Source: a virus
Lineage: Duplodnaviria > Caudoviricetes
DNA: 24,310 nt
IMG/VR virus record: IMGVR_UViG_3300048574_000533
Coordinates: 1 to 24,310 of that record
Direction: 5' to 3' (one strand)
Numbering within the stretch: the stretch's first letter is position 1; each line of letters opens with the position of its first letter. Below are positions 1-7,875 of the stretch, piece by piece. A program made the translations under genes and the position numbers. The notes below the pieces were generated by a model. The model did no database searches, was not told the origin of the DNA, and saw nothing but the letters and a program-made list of their open reading frames with translations.

Positions 1-81
1 TCAACCCTGGCCGACTACGAAGCGCTTCTCCCCTGGAACGTCAACCGAACCAGGATCATGCTGGATGGGATGGGGGGATGA
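1..81 (+). CDS. tnpC: IS66-family transposase, C-terminal fragment (5'-partial)
   Basis: Frame 1 translates STLADYEALLPWNVNRTRIMLDGMGG* with TGA at 79-81. Not in the ORF track. Confidence 0.75.
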   Translation, partial: STLADYEALLPWNVNRTRIMLDGMGG

Positions 82-93
82 TTTGACGCATAC
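1..93 (+). mobile_element. Right end of an IS66-family insertion sequence; terminal inverted repeat ends at 93
   Basis: The plus-strand frame encodes the LLPWN motif typical of IS66 TnpC C-termini. The reverse complement from position 93 reads GTATGCGTCAAATC, resembling IS66 GTAA/GTAWGCG termini. The Dam-like sequence stops looking Dam-like exactly at 93/94. Confidence 0.8.
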
Positions 94-411
94 GAGATAC
101 CTGGCGGCCCGCTGGATGTCGGTGAGGGTGTCGGGGTTGACCTGCATCAGGCGGGTGAACTCGTCGCGCGAGACCAGGACATATTTGAACTGACGATGTA
201 GTTCCTCAGGGTGATGCTTGACCGTGCGGTAGAGGGTGATCAGATCCCGGTCCAGATCGTTGATGATCTCGGTTCCTCTTGCCTCCTTGGCAAAGAAGAC
301 ATTGGCTGCTCCGGCAAACACCTCGACATAGCATTGGTGCTCCGGGAATTTAGCGATGATGGTTTTGGCCAGACGGCTCTTGCCGCCAAAATAAGGTATC
401 AGTGCTCCCAC
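94..411 (-). pseudogene. Dam/D12-class N6-adenine DNA methyltransferase, N-terminal part, interrupted by IS66
   Basis: PYFGGKSRLA, YVEVFAGAANVFF (SAM-binding motif I), EIINDLD and IQRAARYL match D12-class MTases. GTG start with AAGGAG RBS. No catalytic DPPY motif before the IS junction. Confidence 0.88.
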
Positions 412-455
412 GAAAGGCTCCTTGTGTTCGAGCAGGCAATATGCTACTACCCCCC

Positions 456-565
456 TGCGCTGCCATCAGCGTGCATCGGGGCTATAGCAGGTGAACCTGC
501 GGACCTCCTTCCGTGTTCCACCACGGCTGGATCGTTCGGGGAGGGTGTCAGCCCTCCCCAGTCCC
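456..565 (+). ncRNA. Candidate structured RNA or cis-element upstream of the methyltransferase (5' hairpin plus four-way junction)
   Basis: Hairpin GCGCTG/CAGCGT (457-472). Outer stem GGGGCT(478-483)/AGTCCC(560-565) encloses GCAGG/CCTGC, CCGTG/CACGG and GGGGAGGG/CCCTCCCC. G-U pairs work on the plus strand only. Confidence 0.5.
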
Positions 566-609
566 GTCCTCGGGTAATGTTCAGCTCACTCTCATGCTTA
601 CCGCATCCT

Positions 610-840
610 TCACGTCTCCAACTCATAGTAGGGCAGATTGGGGGCCTCGCCGATGACGGCACCGTCCCTGATGAAAGCCTTGCTCCCGGCGGCCACGTTG
701 GTCCCGATCACCCGCATGGTCCCGCCGCCGACCGTGGTCACCACACAGGTTCCATCCGCATTGACTGTGGCCACCGTAACGATCACGGTCGGGCTGTCGG
801 CAATCAGCCGCCGGAACCGTGCCCAGAGATTAGTCGCCAT
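610..840 (-). CDS. Small phage tail-associated protein (76 aa, MATNLWARFRRL...)
   Basis: ATG at 840 overlaps the end of the upstream tail gene. Last gene of the tail operon; beta-rich sequence. The track start at 915 lies deeper inside the previous gene. Confidence 0.75.
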   Translation of the reverse strand: MATNLWARFRRLIADSPTVIVTVATVNADGTCVVTTVGGGTMRVIGTNVAAGSKAFIRDGAVIGEAPNLPYYELET

Positions 841-2656
841 GGTAGCGCTCCACATCAAGGGTCTGCCGGACCACCACACCGCCTCGCGTCCTGGAAGCGG
901 TGACGCTGGTCCCAATCACCTGGCCGTTCCAAAAGCTCCCGCTGGTTTTGGTCACCCGCAACAGGGCGCCGGGCAACACCAGGCCGGGAACAGCCGGCGA
1001 GGCAAAAAGCGGGATGGTCAGGCGCTGCAATTCCCAGTAGCCAGAGGCCGCCAGCAAGCCGCGTCCCTTGGCCAGGGCGACATCCGTGTCGGTGATCAGA
1101 GCATGGGTGAACATCGGCGCCGCCACGTCGCCTGCCGTCCCGGCCCGCGTGACCTTGGCGGTGATGCCGCCGGTTCCCGTGCCGGAGACAAAGGCGGCGT
1201 TGTACTGCGTCTTCGGCTCCCACGATCCATCCATGCTCAGGATCATGGACTCCGGGATAATCAGATCCGGTGTCGATGAAGCCCACAGCCAGGGCATGAC
1301 CGAGTAACGCGGCTTGATCTGGATCGTCTTGGTCGTTGCATCGGTCTGGACAAAGCCATGCCCGGCCTCGGCAATATCCTGCAGGATCTGGATTGGCGTC
1401 TGCTCATTGCAGCTCCACAAGCCGCCGGGAATCAGCCAGTCCACCAGATCCCAGTCGATGGTCCAGCCGGCGACGTCGTCGAGTGCGGCCTCAGCCAGCT
1501 GCACCGCTGTCCGGTTGTTGCTCTCCGTCCTAGTGATGATCGGCCCAGCCGGCGCCGCCAAGGACGACGAGCGACTGCGGCCGGAGACCGACCGGGAACC
1601 GCCGATAAACTGCCGGCCCTCGTTCCACCGCTCCACCTGCAGGATAAAGAGGTGACCGTTGATGTTGACTTCCACATCCACCGGCGCGCCCGGCCGTAAC
1701 AGATCAAGGGCGGCGGTGGAGTTGAGGGTGGCGGAGAGCGACCAGCAAAACGAGTCCACATCAGTGGCCACGGTAATCGAGGCCACATCAATGGCGGTGC
1801 GCTCCGGCAGCCGGGTGAGCAAGGCAGAGTTCAGCACAAAATAGAACCTCTTGACCGGGCCGGCCGGAATGGCGTCCGGCTCGGTGTAAAAATAAGCGTC
1901 CCGCCAACCGGACGGTTCCCGCCAGGAGCAACGGCGGTCATAGGTGTATTGATCAAAATAGAAGGCGACATGATCCGCATCGCCAACCTGGGAGAGCGGC
2001 TTGTCGAGGTTGAAACGAATTGCCCCGCCAGCCGGCGGCGCATACTTGCGCCAACAGATCTCCTGGTAATACTTCCGCCCCCAAAGGGTGTGATGCCGCC
2101 GATCCTTGGGCGGCGGGTTGCCCCATGGCGATTCAAAGGCAGGGGCGTCCATCCTGTCGGCATGCTCATAGACCAAGACTTCACGAATATGCTTGCGCGG
2201 CGGGTAGGCATAGACCAGGTCCAGGGCCTGATCGGAATGAATGGCCAGTTTCTCCCAGGGCAACCGCTGGATGCGATCCTTGGTCCGCAGCCCATTCCAT
2301 GGCGAGTCCACGTCGTGGCTGGCTTGCAGGCGCAACTGATCCCACGAGACGGCGCGCTGATTATCGGATGGATGTGGGCGCATCCAGCCGCTCCGGGTGT
2401 CCGTTGAAAGCGGTTTGCGCTGTTTCCAACCGCTCCGCAGCGAGCGAACAAGCGCCCGCGCCTGATTCCATCCATCCCTGGTTGCGGCGTCGCGTACCGG
2501 CAGCTGTTGCCACGGCACGGCAAAGTCCGGGGTGAACGTCTGTGGAACCGGTTCGGCAGGGGGGGCGCCAAAGACAATTGCGTCACCGGCAGGTGGGACA
2601 TAGGTCTCGACGAACGCAAAGACAATCGCCGAACCTGATGGAGGGGTATAGACCAT
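830..2656 (-). CDS. Phage tail tip/hub-associated protein (608 aa)
   Basis: Long ORF tightly coupled within the tail operon. The C-terminal half resembles a tail hub fold (position and sequence character, not a search hit). Confidence 0.75.
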   Translation of the reverse strand: MVYTPPSGSAIVFAFVETYVPPAGDAIVFGAPPAEPVPQTFTPDFAVPWQQLPVRDAATRDGWNQARALVRSLRSGWKQRKPLSTDTRSGWMRPHPSDNQRAVSWDQLRLQASHDVDSPWNGLRTKDRIQRLPWEKLAIHSDQALDLVYAYPPRKHIREVLVYEHADRMDAPAFESPWGNPPPKDRRHHTLWGRKYYQEICWRKYAPPAGGAIRFNLDKPLSQVGDADHVAFYFDQYTYDRRCSWREPSGWRDAYFYTEPDAIPAGPVKRFYFVLNSALLTRLPERTAIDVASITVATDVDSFCWSLSATLNSTAALDLLRPGAPVDVEVNINGHLFILQVERWNEGRQFIGGSRSVSGRSRSSSLAAPAGPIITRTESNNRTAVQLAEAALDDVAGWTIDWDLVDWLIPGGLWSCNEQTPIQILQDIAEAGHGFVQTDATTKTIQIKPRYSVMPWLWASSTPDLIIPESMILSMDGSWEPKTQYNAAFVSGTGTGGITAKVTRAGTAGDVAAPMFTHALITDTDVALAKGRGLLAASGYWELQRLTIPLFASPAVPGLVLPGALLRVTKTSGSFWNGQVIGTSVTASRTRGGVVVRQTLDVERYHGD

Positions 2657-2657
2657 T

Positions 2658-2951
2658 TCACGTGGTGGCTACTTGCGAGACGTAATCCGCCACTTCGGCG
2701 TTGTAGGCCCCGGTGGTGTCGAGGGCGACCACGATCAGCACTCTCTCGGGATATTCCGCAACTCCTGTGATCTCCCACGCTCCTGTTGCCGGGTCTGAGA
2801 CAGTACCGGCAACCCATGCACAATTGCGGCGATCAAAAACCGCAATAAATCTCCTTGCCGGCTGGCCATCAACTGTCACGGAACCCGCGAGCCTGTGCCG
2901 GTCTGTCCGCTGGCCTGTACCGATACTTATTACTCCAAAAACAGTTATCAT
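2658..2951 (-). CDS. Tail fibre-associated hypothetical protein (97 aa)
   Basis: ATG at 2951 overlaps the TGA of the upstream gene (ATGA). Beta-sandwich-like sequence (SDPATGAWEITG). Confidence 0.7.
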   Translation of the reverse strand: MITVFGVISIGTGQRTDRHRLAGSVTVDGQPARRFIAVFDRRNCAWVAGTVSDPATGAWEITGVAEYPERVLIVVALDTTGAYNAEVADYVSQVATT

Positions 2952-3904
2952 AATCGCCAATCATCCAGGGAAATGAGCAGGTTAGACGGCGATATGGTAC
3001 TAACGTAGAAGTTGTTGCGGATTGAGAGGAAAGTTCGGCTATCTTTTACTACTGTTTCCAGCTGGCCAAAAGGAAGCGGATGGCAAGGGAAATACAAGCC
3101 GGGAAACCAGCCACGTATGGAATAAGCAGTCCCACTGGAGAAAAATGGTTGGGATAAATAGAGAGGATCGGCGGACGTATAGGGTATTCCATACATGCCG
3201 GGGGCATTGTCATGGCAAGGACCGCCGCCACGTATTAAAGCAACGGTAACGCCACCCACCGCGCCATTTTCGCGTCGTGGGAAATGGCACCTGAAGTACG
3301 GCGGAGTGGCCACGGCTGGCACAGTCGCACCTGACGATGGCACGGCCGCCCCGCCGAATATATAAAATTGATTTAAATTGCTGGCACATAAGGCACAGGC
3401 AAAAGCGTCTCCAGGTAGTCGTGCAATTACATCCCCGAAGAAAATACCGGTTACGTCAAGGTTCGCCGTGGTTGGCGGGGTCACGGTCGTAGTGTGCCAG
3501 ATGAAAAGAAAAAAAGCCCTGTCGTCAGCTAATAAGACCCACGGCCTCGAAGCTGGGCTAGCGGCATTCGAAGAATAGACTTCTTGCGCAACCCCGGTAT
3601 TGAACAAACCAACACCGTTGTCAATGTCGCTCATAACCTCATAACCCTGGAGGGCATGGGTATAAGCGTTGGCTGTAGAGAATCCGTTGACCTGCAGAAA
3701 GAATCCGGTCCCAGTTGCGGGATTGTTCCGAAAGACCGCCTTGTCGAATGTGGCGTTGATATATTCAAGGGTCCATCCGGCTGCCGCTTTGTCGCCGTAT
3801 CCATCGACCAAGCACGCCCGCAGGACATCGACGAGCGCCCGTCGTTCCCCTCGCATTACCGGGGCGGCGGCATCTGTACTCTTATAGATCTTCGGCGTTG
3901 CCAT
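2948..3904 (-). CDS. Putative tail fibre/receptor-binding protein (318 aa)
   Basis: The N-terminus (LRACLVDGYGDKAAAGW) is a motif seen in siphophage tail proteins. The C-terminal part is visibly AT-richer. Position in the tail operon fits. Confidence 0.65.
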   Translation of the reverse strand: MATPKIYKSTDAAAPVMRGERRALVDVLRACLVDGYGDKAAAGWTLEYINATFDKAVFRNNPATGTGFFLQVNGFSTANAYTHALQGYEVMSDIDNGVGLFNTGVAQEVYSSNAASPASRPWVLLADDRAFFLFIWHTTTVTPPTTANLDVTGIFFGDVIARLPGDAFACALCASNLNQFYIFGGAAVPSSGATVPAVATPPYFRCHFPRRENGAVGGVTVALIRGGGPCHDNAPGMYGIPYTSADPLYLSQPFFSSGTAYSIRGWFPGLYFPCHPLPFGQLETVVKDSRTFLSIRNNFYVSTISPSNLLISLDDWRL

Positions 3905-6900
3905 TATTCCGCGTCTCCTCGAATCTGGATGGTGAACTGATCATTGGGCTCGGTCACCGGTCCTTGGAGGGTGGTGCGGGCAATCCACAGGGGTCCGTTG
4001 GCTCCGGCGGTGTTGAACCGCAACACGTTGCCTGAAGCCCAGCCGCTGCCCCAGCCACGGTAATCGAGAAAGAAATAGGGTTGGTTGGTGGCCGCGTTGA
4101 TCGGCTGACAGTCGTTGGTGATGTAGCCTTCACCGACCACGCCGCGTTTCTCGCCGTTGATCTTGAAGTGATCGCTCGCGTCAAAGACCAGCGCCCACCG
4201 CTCGGTGACCGCGCCCTGGTTGGTGGCCGCCACGGGAAAGTCGATCTCGTTGTAGCTGGCATTGGCCGCGTCGCCGATCAGTTTATCCGACCAGGCGCTG
4301 GTCCAGGTCTTCTGATCAAAAAGGTTGTAGCAGCGGCTTTGCATGTCGCCAAACAGCAGCGCCGAGGAAACATACGTGCCTTCCACCGGGTAGTCGTGAC
4401 CGACTCTGGAGGCGACGATGATCTGACCATTGATCTGCACCTGGGACACCAGCTTCATGTCCTCGATCCGGTGCATGGCGAAGAGCGGCTGCGTGTAGGC
4501 GCTCAGATCCAGGGGGGCGGCCATGGTCAGAGTCTGGGCGTTTTCATCCCAGGTGTAGAGGGTTGAAGGGACATAAACCCCGGCGGAATCGTACAGCTCC
4601 ACATGATTGATGCCGGTGCGGGCAAAGGTCGTCACTTGACCGGGGCTCAACGGATTGGCCAACTGGGTCTCCTGGGTGTTGTGGATCACCACCACATCGC
4701 CGGCCTTGACGATTGGCACCCGGCCATCCACTGGCAGCCTGACCGGATCGATGCCAATCAGGTCGGCATCCAGCGGGATATAGGAGTAGACCACGCAGGC
4801 ATAGACCAACTGATCGGCAAAAACCGAGACCGGCTTCCAGATCTGGCCGCCAACCACGTCATCGGCGTCATACCAGTCTTCATCCACACACTCGGCGGCG
4901 GCGACCATTTCGCCAAAGGCCAGCTCAACAATGCCCAGGTCATAATCGATTCGCCCCTTGCACAGCGTGCCGGACAAGGTTCCGTCGGCCTCGGCCAACC
5001 CGGAGACGGCGCGGCCGTCAGCGGCCACGCCCTGGATCTGAAGCGAGGCCGGGCGCAACGGCGCGCCTGGGGTGCGGAAGGTGGCCGAGGCAATGAACTG
5101 ACTGCCAAAGCGGACCAGCAAAGATTGCAGGGTCAGGGTGTTGGGTGCGGCGTCATACGTGGTGATGGCGACCGTGCCGGCGGCATAATCAATGGATCCG
5201 ACTTCAACGCCCTGGCCTGTGGTCGCCGTTGGATTGCGATACATTTTCCCCGCCCGGTCAATGTAGCGAACGCCGCCCCAGACGATGTTGACGCTCCCCG
5301 GCACGATGGTTTTGCCGTAAGAGGCGGGCAGGAGATCGATGATGAACGGCAGGGCCGAGGCCGTTTCTTCGGCAGCGGCGGCAGCGGAGCCGGTCAAGGT
5401 GTATTGCACGTTGGCGCTGCCGGCGACAGTGGTTGCAGTCAAGGCCGTTGTTTCCGTGCCCTTGAGCCATTGCACCCACTGCATGTCAGAGTGGACTCCC
5501 GTGTATGTCCAGCGCCGGTAATCATAGAGGTATTCGGTCCGCGCGCCCGTTGCCCCGGCAAGGCTTATTTGCGCCACGCCCGTGGTGTAATTGATCGTGC
5601 CGGTTATCCCCGAGTACGCGTAGGAGGTGGTCATGAAATCATCCGGCGCACCGGTGGTCCCGCCTGCGGGAGCCGACAAGACGCCCGAACCGTTATCCGC
5701 CAGTTCATAGGTGTGGGTCGATGAATCGGAGAAGGTCACTGTCACTGAAAGACCGCAGGTTCCCGGAACCAAAGGGGCGGAGGGCAGGTTGAAGGTCGCC
5801 GACCCCCCGGCCACAGATCCGGCCACCGATGCCGTCACTACCGGGTATTTGTTGTAGGCCAGGGTGTATTCAGCGCCGCTGTCGGGCAACAGGGTTGGCT
5901 TCCACCGGATCACCCCGGTTGCGTAGTTCACTGTGCCGGCGGCGTCTCCGGTCAGCTCTCCCGCTCCGTTGTCGATGGCCGCAGCCGTCCCGGAACCAGA
6001 CGGCCAGGTGATGGTCAAAGAACCGGGAGCAATCGGCGCTTCGGTCGTTTGGTGGGTCATCTCAGCCACATCGATGCTCACCGCGCCGGAGATGTCAGCC
6101 ACTTCGAGCGGATTGCCCCACACATACATGATCGAACTGTCGATATCGGGCAGGGCCGCACAGGTCAGCACAATCGAACCTGTGCTGTAATTGACCGTGC
6201 CGGTTCCTGTGCCGTCGATGTCCGGAGCCAGCACCCCGGCGCCGTTGTCGCGCAACCGGTACCAGGTCCCCTGGGCCATGTAATCGACCACCACCGTGCC
6301 CGGAGAAGGCAACGGATCGAGAATCGCGGTGTAGTTGTATCCTTGAGTGGCCAGGGTCACGGGCCGGGAGGCGGTATTGGCAATCCGGGCTGCTTCAACG
6401 CCTATCCTGGCGGTGGCGGTGACCGTGGTGGTGGCGGCGGTTACTCCGGAGAAAGACAGGGCGCCGGTGGCGTAATCCACCGTGCCGCGCTGAGCCGTGC
6501 CTTCATAGAGCACGCCGGTGCTGTCGTCGGTCAGGGTATGGCCGCTGTAGACGAAACTGAGACTGCCGGGAACAATGCCCCGGTTGAAATTAAACTGGCC
6601 GCCACCAGTGACTGCAAACGAGGCAACGGTGAGCGTGTAGGGCTGGCCGCTGCCGATCACCGGGCTGGTCTCGCCCACCGAGAAATCGGTCAGAGGCGAC
6701 TCGCCCTGGGCCGACGGCACCAGATGGGTGTAGATCGAGTCGACATTGATGGCGACGTCGCCGCTGGTAATGGCTACCGTGGGCAACATCACTCCGTAAT
6801 ACTTGGCCGCGTCATAGACCGTGGTTGAGTACACTGTGGTGGCGGCCGAATCGTTTTTGGTGATCTCAATCCCCGCCTGGTTCTCGCGCAGGGCGTCGCC

Positions 6901-7488
6901 AATCTCGATTTTAAAGATATCGCGGGCAAAGGATGAGGCCATGGTCCCGTACTCGCTGCTCTCCGAGGTGGAGGTAAACTCGCTCCGGGTCGCCTCAACG
7001 CTGGTGATGCGGACATATTGGCCGCTGCCGCCGCTCAGATAGAGCACGTCGCCAATGGATGGCGACAGCGTGCCTTTAACCGCAAAGATCAGCAAGGATC
7101 TGGATCCAGACGGATGTTCGCCCCAGAGCCAGCCGGGGAACCGCGCTCCCTTGACCACGTAGCTTTCGATGTAGTCCCGCGCCGCAGTGCGTTCGTCAAA
7201 GGAGTTGCCGGTCTGAAACAGGCAGACGCTGACGTTTGCGTCCTGGGCCGGCACGCTGAGAATGACGTGCGCCCCTGAATAGGTGTCGTTGTCGGCGGTC
7301 TGCACGGCCACGAACGCCTCGCGCAGCGACACCCGGCCATAGGTCCGATCCAGCCTGGAGATATCGGGAAAGAGGTTGTTGACGTTGCCGTCGACCACCT
7401 CGTTGCCGGTCATCTGGCCGCCGCCGTCGTCGGTGTCGGTCAGTCGCTGGCTGGCCATGAGTTTGACGTCTGAAACTGAAATAGGCAT
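3904..7488 (-). CDS. Large phage tail structural protein (1194 aa)
   Basis: N-terminal RLTDTDDGGG...NNLFPDISRLDRTYGRVSLR motif of siphophage tail proteins, repeated GxI/VxYxxG modules, downstream of the tape measure. Confidence 0.8.
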   Translation of the reverse strand: MPISVSDVKLMASQRLTDTDDGGGQMTGNEVVDGNVNNLFPDISRLDRTYGRVSLREAFVAVQTADNDTYSGAHVILSVPAQDANVSVCLFQTGNSFDERTAARDYIESYVVKGARFPGWLWGEHPSGSRSLLIFAVKGTLSPSIGDVLYLSGGSGQYVRITSVEATRSEFTSTSESSEYGTMASSFARDIFKIEIGDALRENQAGIEITKNDSAATTVYSTTVYDAAKYYGVMLPTVAITSGDVAINVDSIYTHLVPSAQGESPLTDFSVGETSPVIGSGQPYTLTVASFAVTGGGQFNFNRGIVPGSLSFVYSGHTLTDDSTGVLYEGTAQRGTVDYATGALSFSGVTAATTTVTATARIGVEAARIANTASRPVTLATQGYNYTAILDPLPSPGTVVVDYMAQGTWYRLRDNGAGVLAPDIDGTGTGTVNYSTGSIVLTCAALPDIDSSIMYVWGNPLEVADISGAVSIDVAEMTHQTTEAPIAPGSLTITWPSGSGTAAAIDNGAGELTGDAAGTVNYATGVIRWKPTLLPDSGAEYTLAYNKYPVVTASVAGSVAGGSATFNLPSAPLVPGTCGLSVTVTFSDSSTHTYELADNGSGVLSAPAGGTTGAPDDFMTTSYAYSGITGTINYTTGVAQISLAGATGARTEYLYDYRRWTYTGVHSDMQWVQWLKGTETTALTATTVAGSANVQYTLTGSAAAAAEETASALPFIIDLLPASYGKTIVPGSVNIVWGGVRYIDRAGKMYRNPTATTGQGVEVGSIDYAAGTVAITTYDAAPNTLTLQSLLVRFGSQFIASATFRTPGAPLRPASLQIQGVAADGRAVSGLAEADGTLSGTLCKGRIDYDLGIVELAFGEMVAAAECVDEDWYDADDVVGGQIWKPVSVFADQLVYACVVYSYIPLDADLIGIDPVRLPVDGRVPIVKAGDVVVIHNTQETQLANPLSPGQVTTFARTGINHVELYDSAGVYVPSTLYTWDENAQTLTMAAPLDLSAYTQPLFAMHRIEDMKLVSQVQINGQIIVASRVGHDYPVEGTYVSSALLFGDMQSRCYNLFDQKTWTSAWSDKLIGDAANASYNEIDFPVAATNQGAVTERWALVFDASDHFKINGEKRGVVGEGYITNDCQPINAATNQPYFFLDYRGWGSGWASGNVLRFNTAGANGPLWIARTTLQGPVTEPNDQFTIQIRGDAE

Positions 7489-7494
7489 GTTGGT

Positions 7495-7875
7495 TTAAAT
7501 CTCCATTAACCGCAGGGTCAGGGTGTACCAGTCGTCGTCGGCCGGGGGACTCTTTTTCCGACGGGACTCGGCCTCGACCGGTAAGCCGTCGTCATACCGA
7601 AACATCACATTAAAGCTCCGGGCGTGCAGGGTGAGCACCATCTCCTTGCCAGCCACCACGGCCATGGCCTGGAGGGCGAGTACGGTCGAACGTCGCACCC
7701 AGGCCCGCTGCTCGTGGCCGGCCAGGGTTATCGGTCGACCGGCCTGTCTGGTCGAGCTCTCGACAATCAGTGCCCCGGCCAGACTGTACTCGGTGTTCTG
7801 TTCCACCGGCGTCCAATCGGTTTCATCGACCCACCACAGGTCAGCAGGCAATACCACTGCATCGAGACTGATCAT
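7495..7875 (-). CDS. Putative distal tail protein (126 aa)
   Basis: Immediately after the tape measure with an ATGA overlap. Has the SLAGALIVE...GRPITL motif. Confidence 0.7.
   Translation of the reverse strand: MISLDAVVLPADLWWVDETDWTPVEQNTEYSLAGALIVESSTRQAGRPITLAGHEQRAWVRRSTVLALQAMAVVAGKEMVLTLHARSFNVMFRYDDGLPVEAESRRKKSPPADDDWYTLTLRLMEI

Noticed and set aside
1-411. Intact 136-aa methyltransferase
   Set aside because: It lacks the DPPY catalytic motif, and the C-terminal 30 aa derive from the IS66 end.
538-559. Rho-independent terminator for the tail operon
   Set aside because: The stem is strong but has no U-tract on either strand. It fits as one arm of a larger junction.
447-662. 71-aa ORF as a Com-like activator
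   Set aside because: No CxxC...CxxC pattern, and it overlaps the tail gene and the structured element.
2658-7488. Diversity-generating retroelement or invertible tail-fibre segment
   Set aside because: No reverse transcriptase, invertase or template/variable repeat pair was seen in the window.
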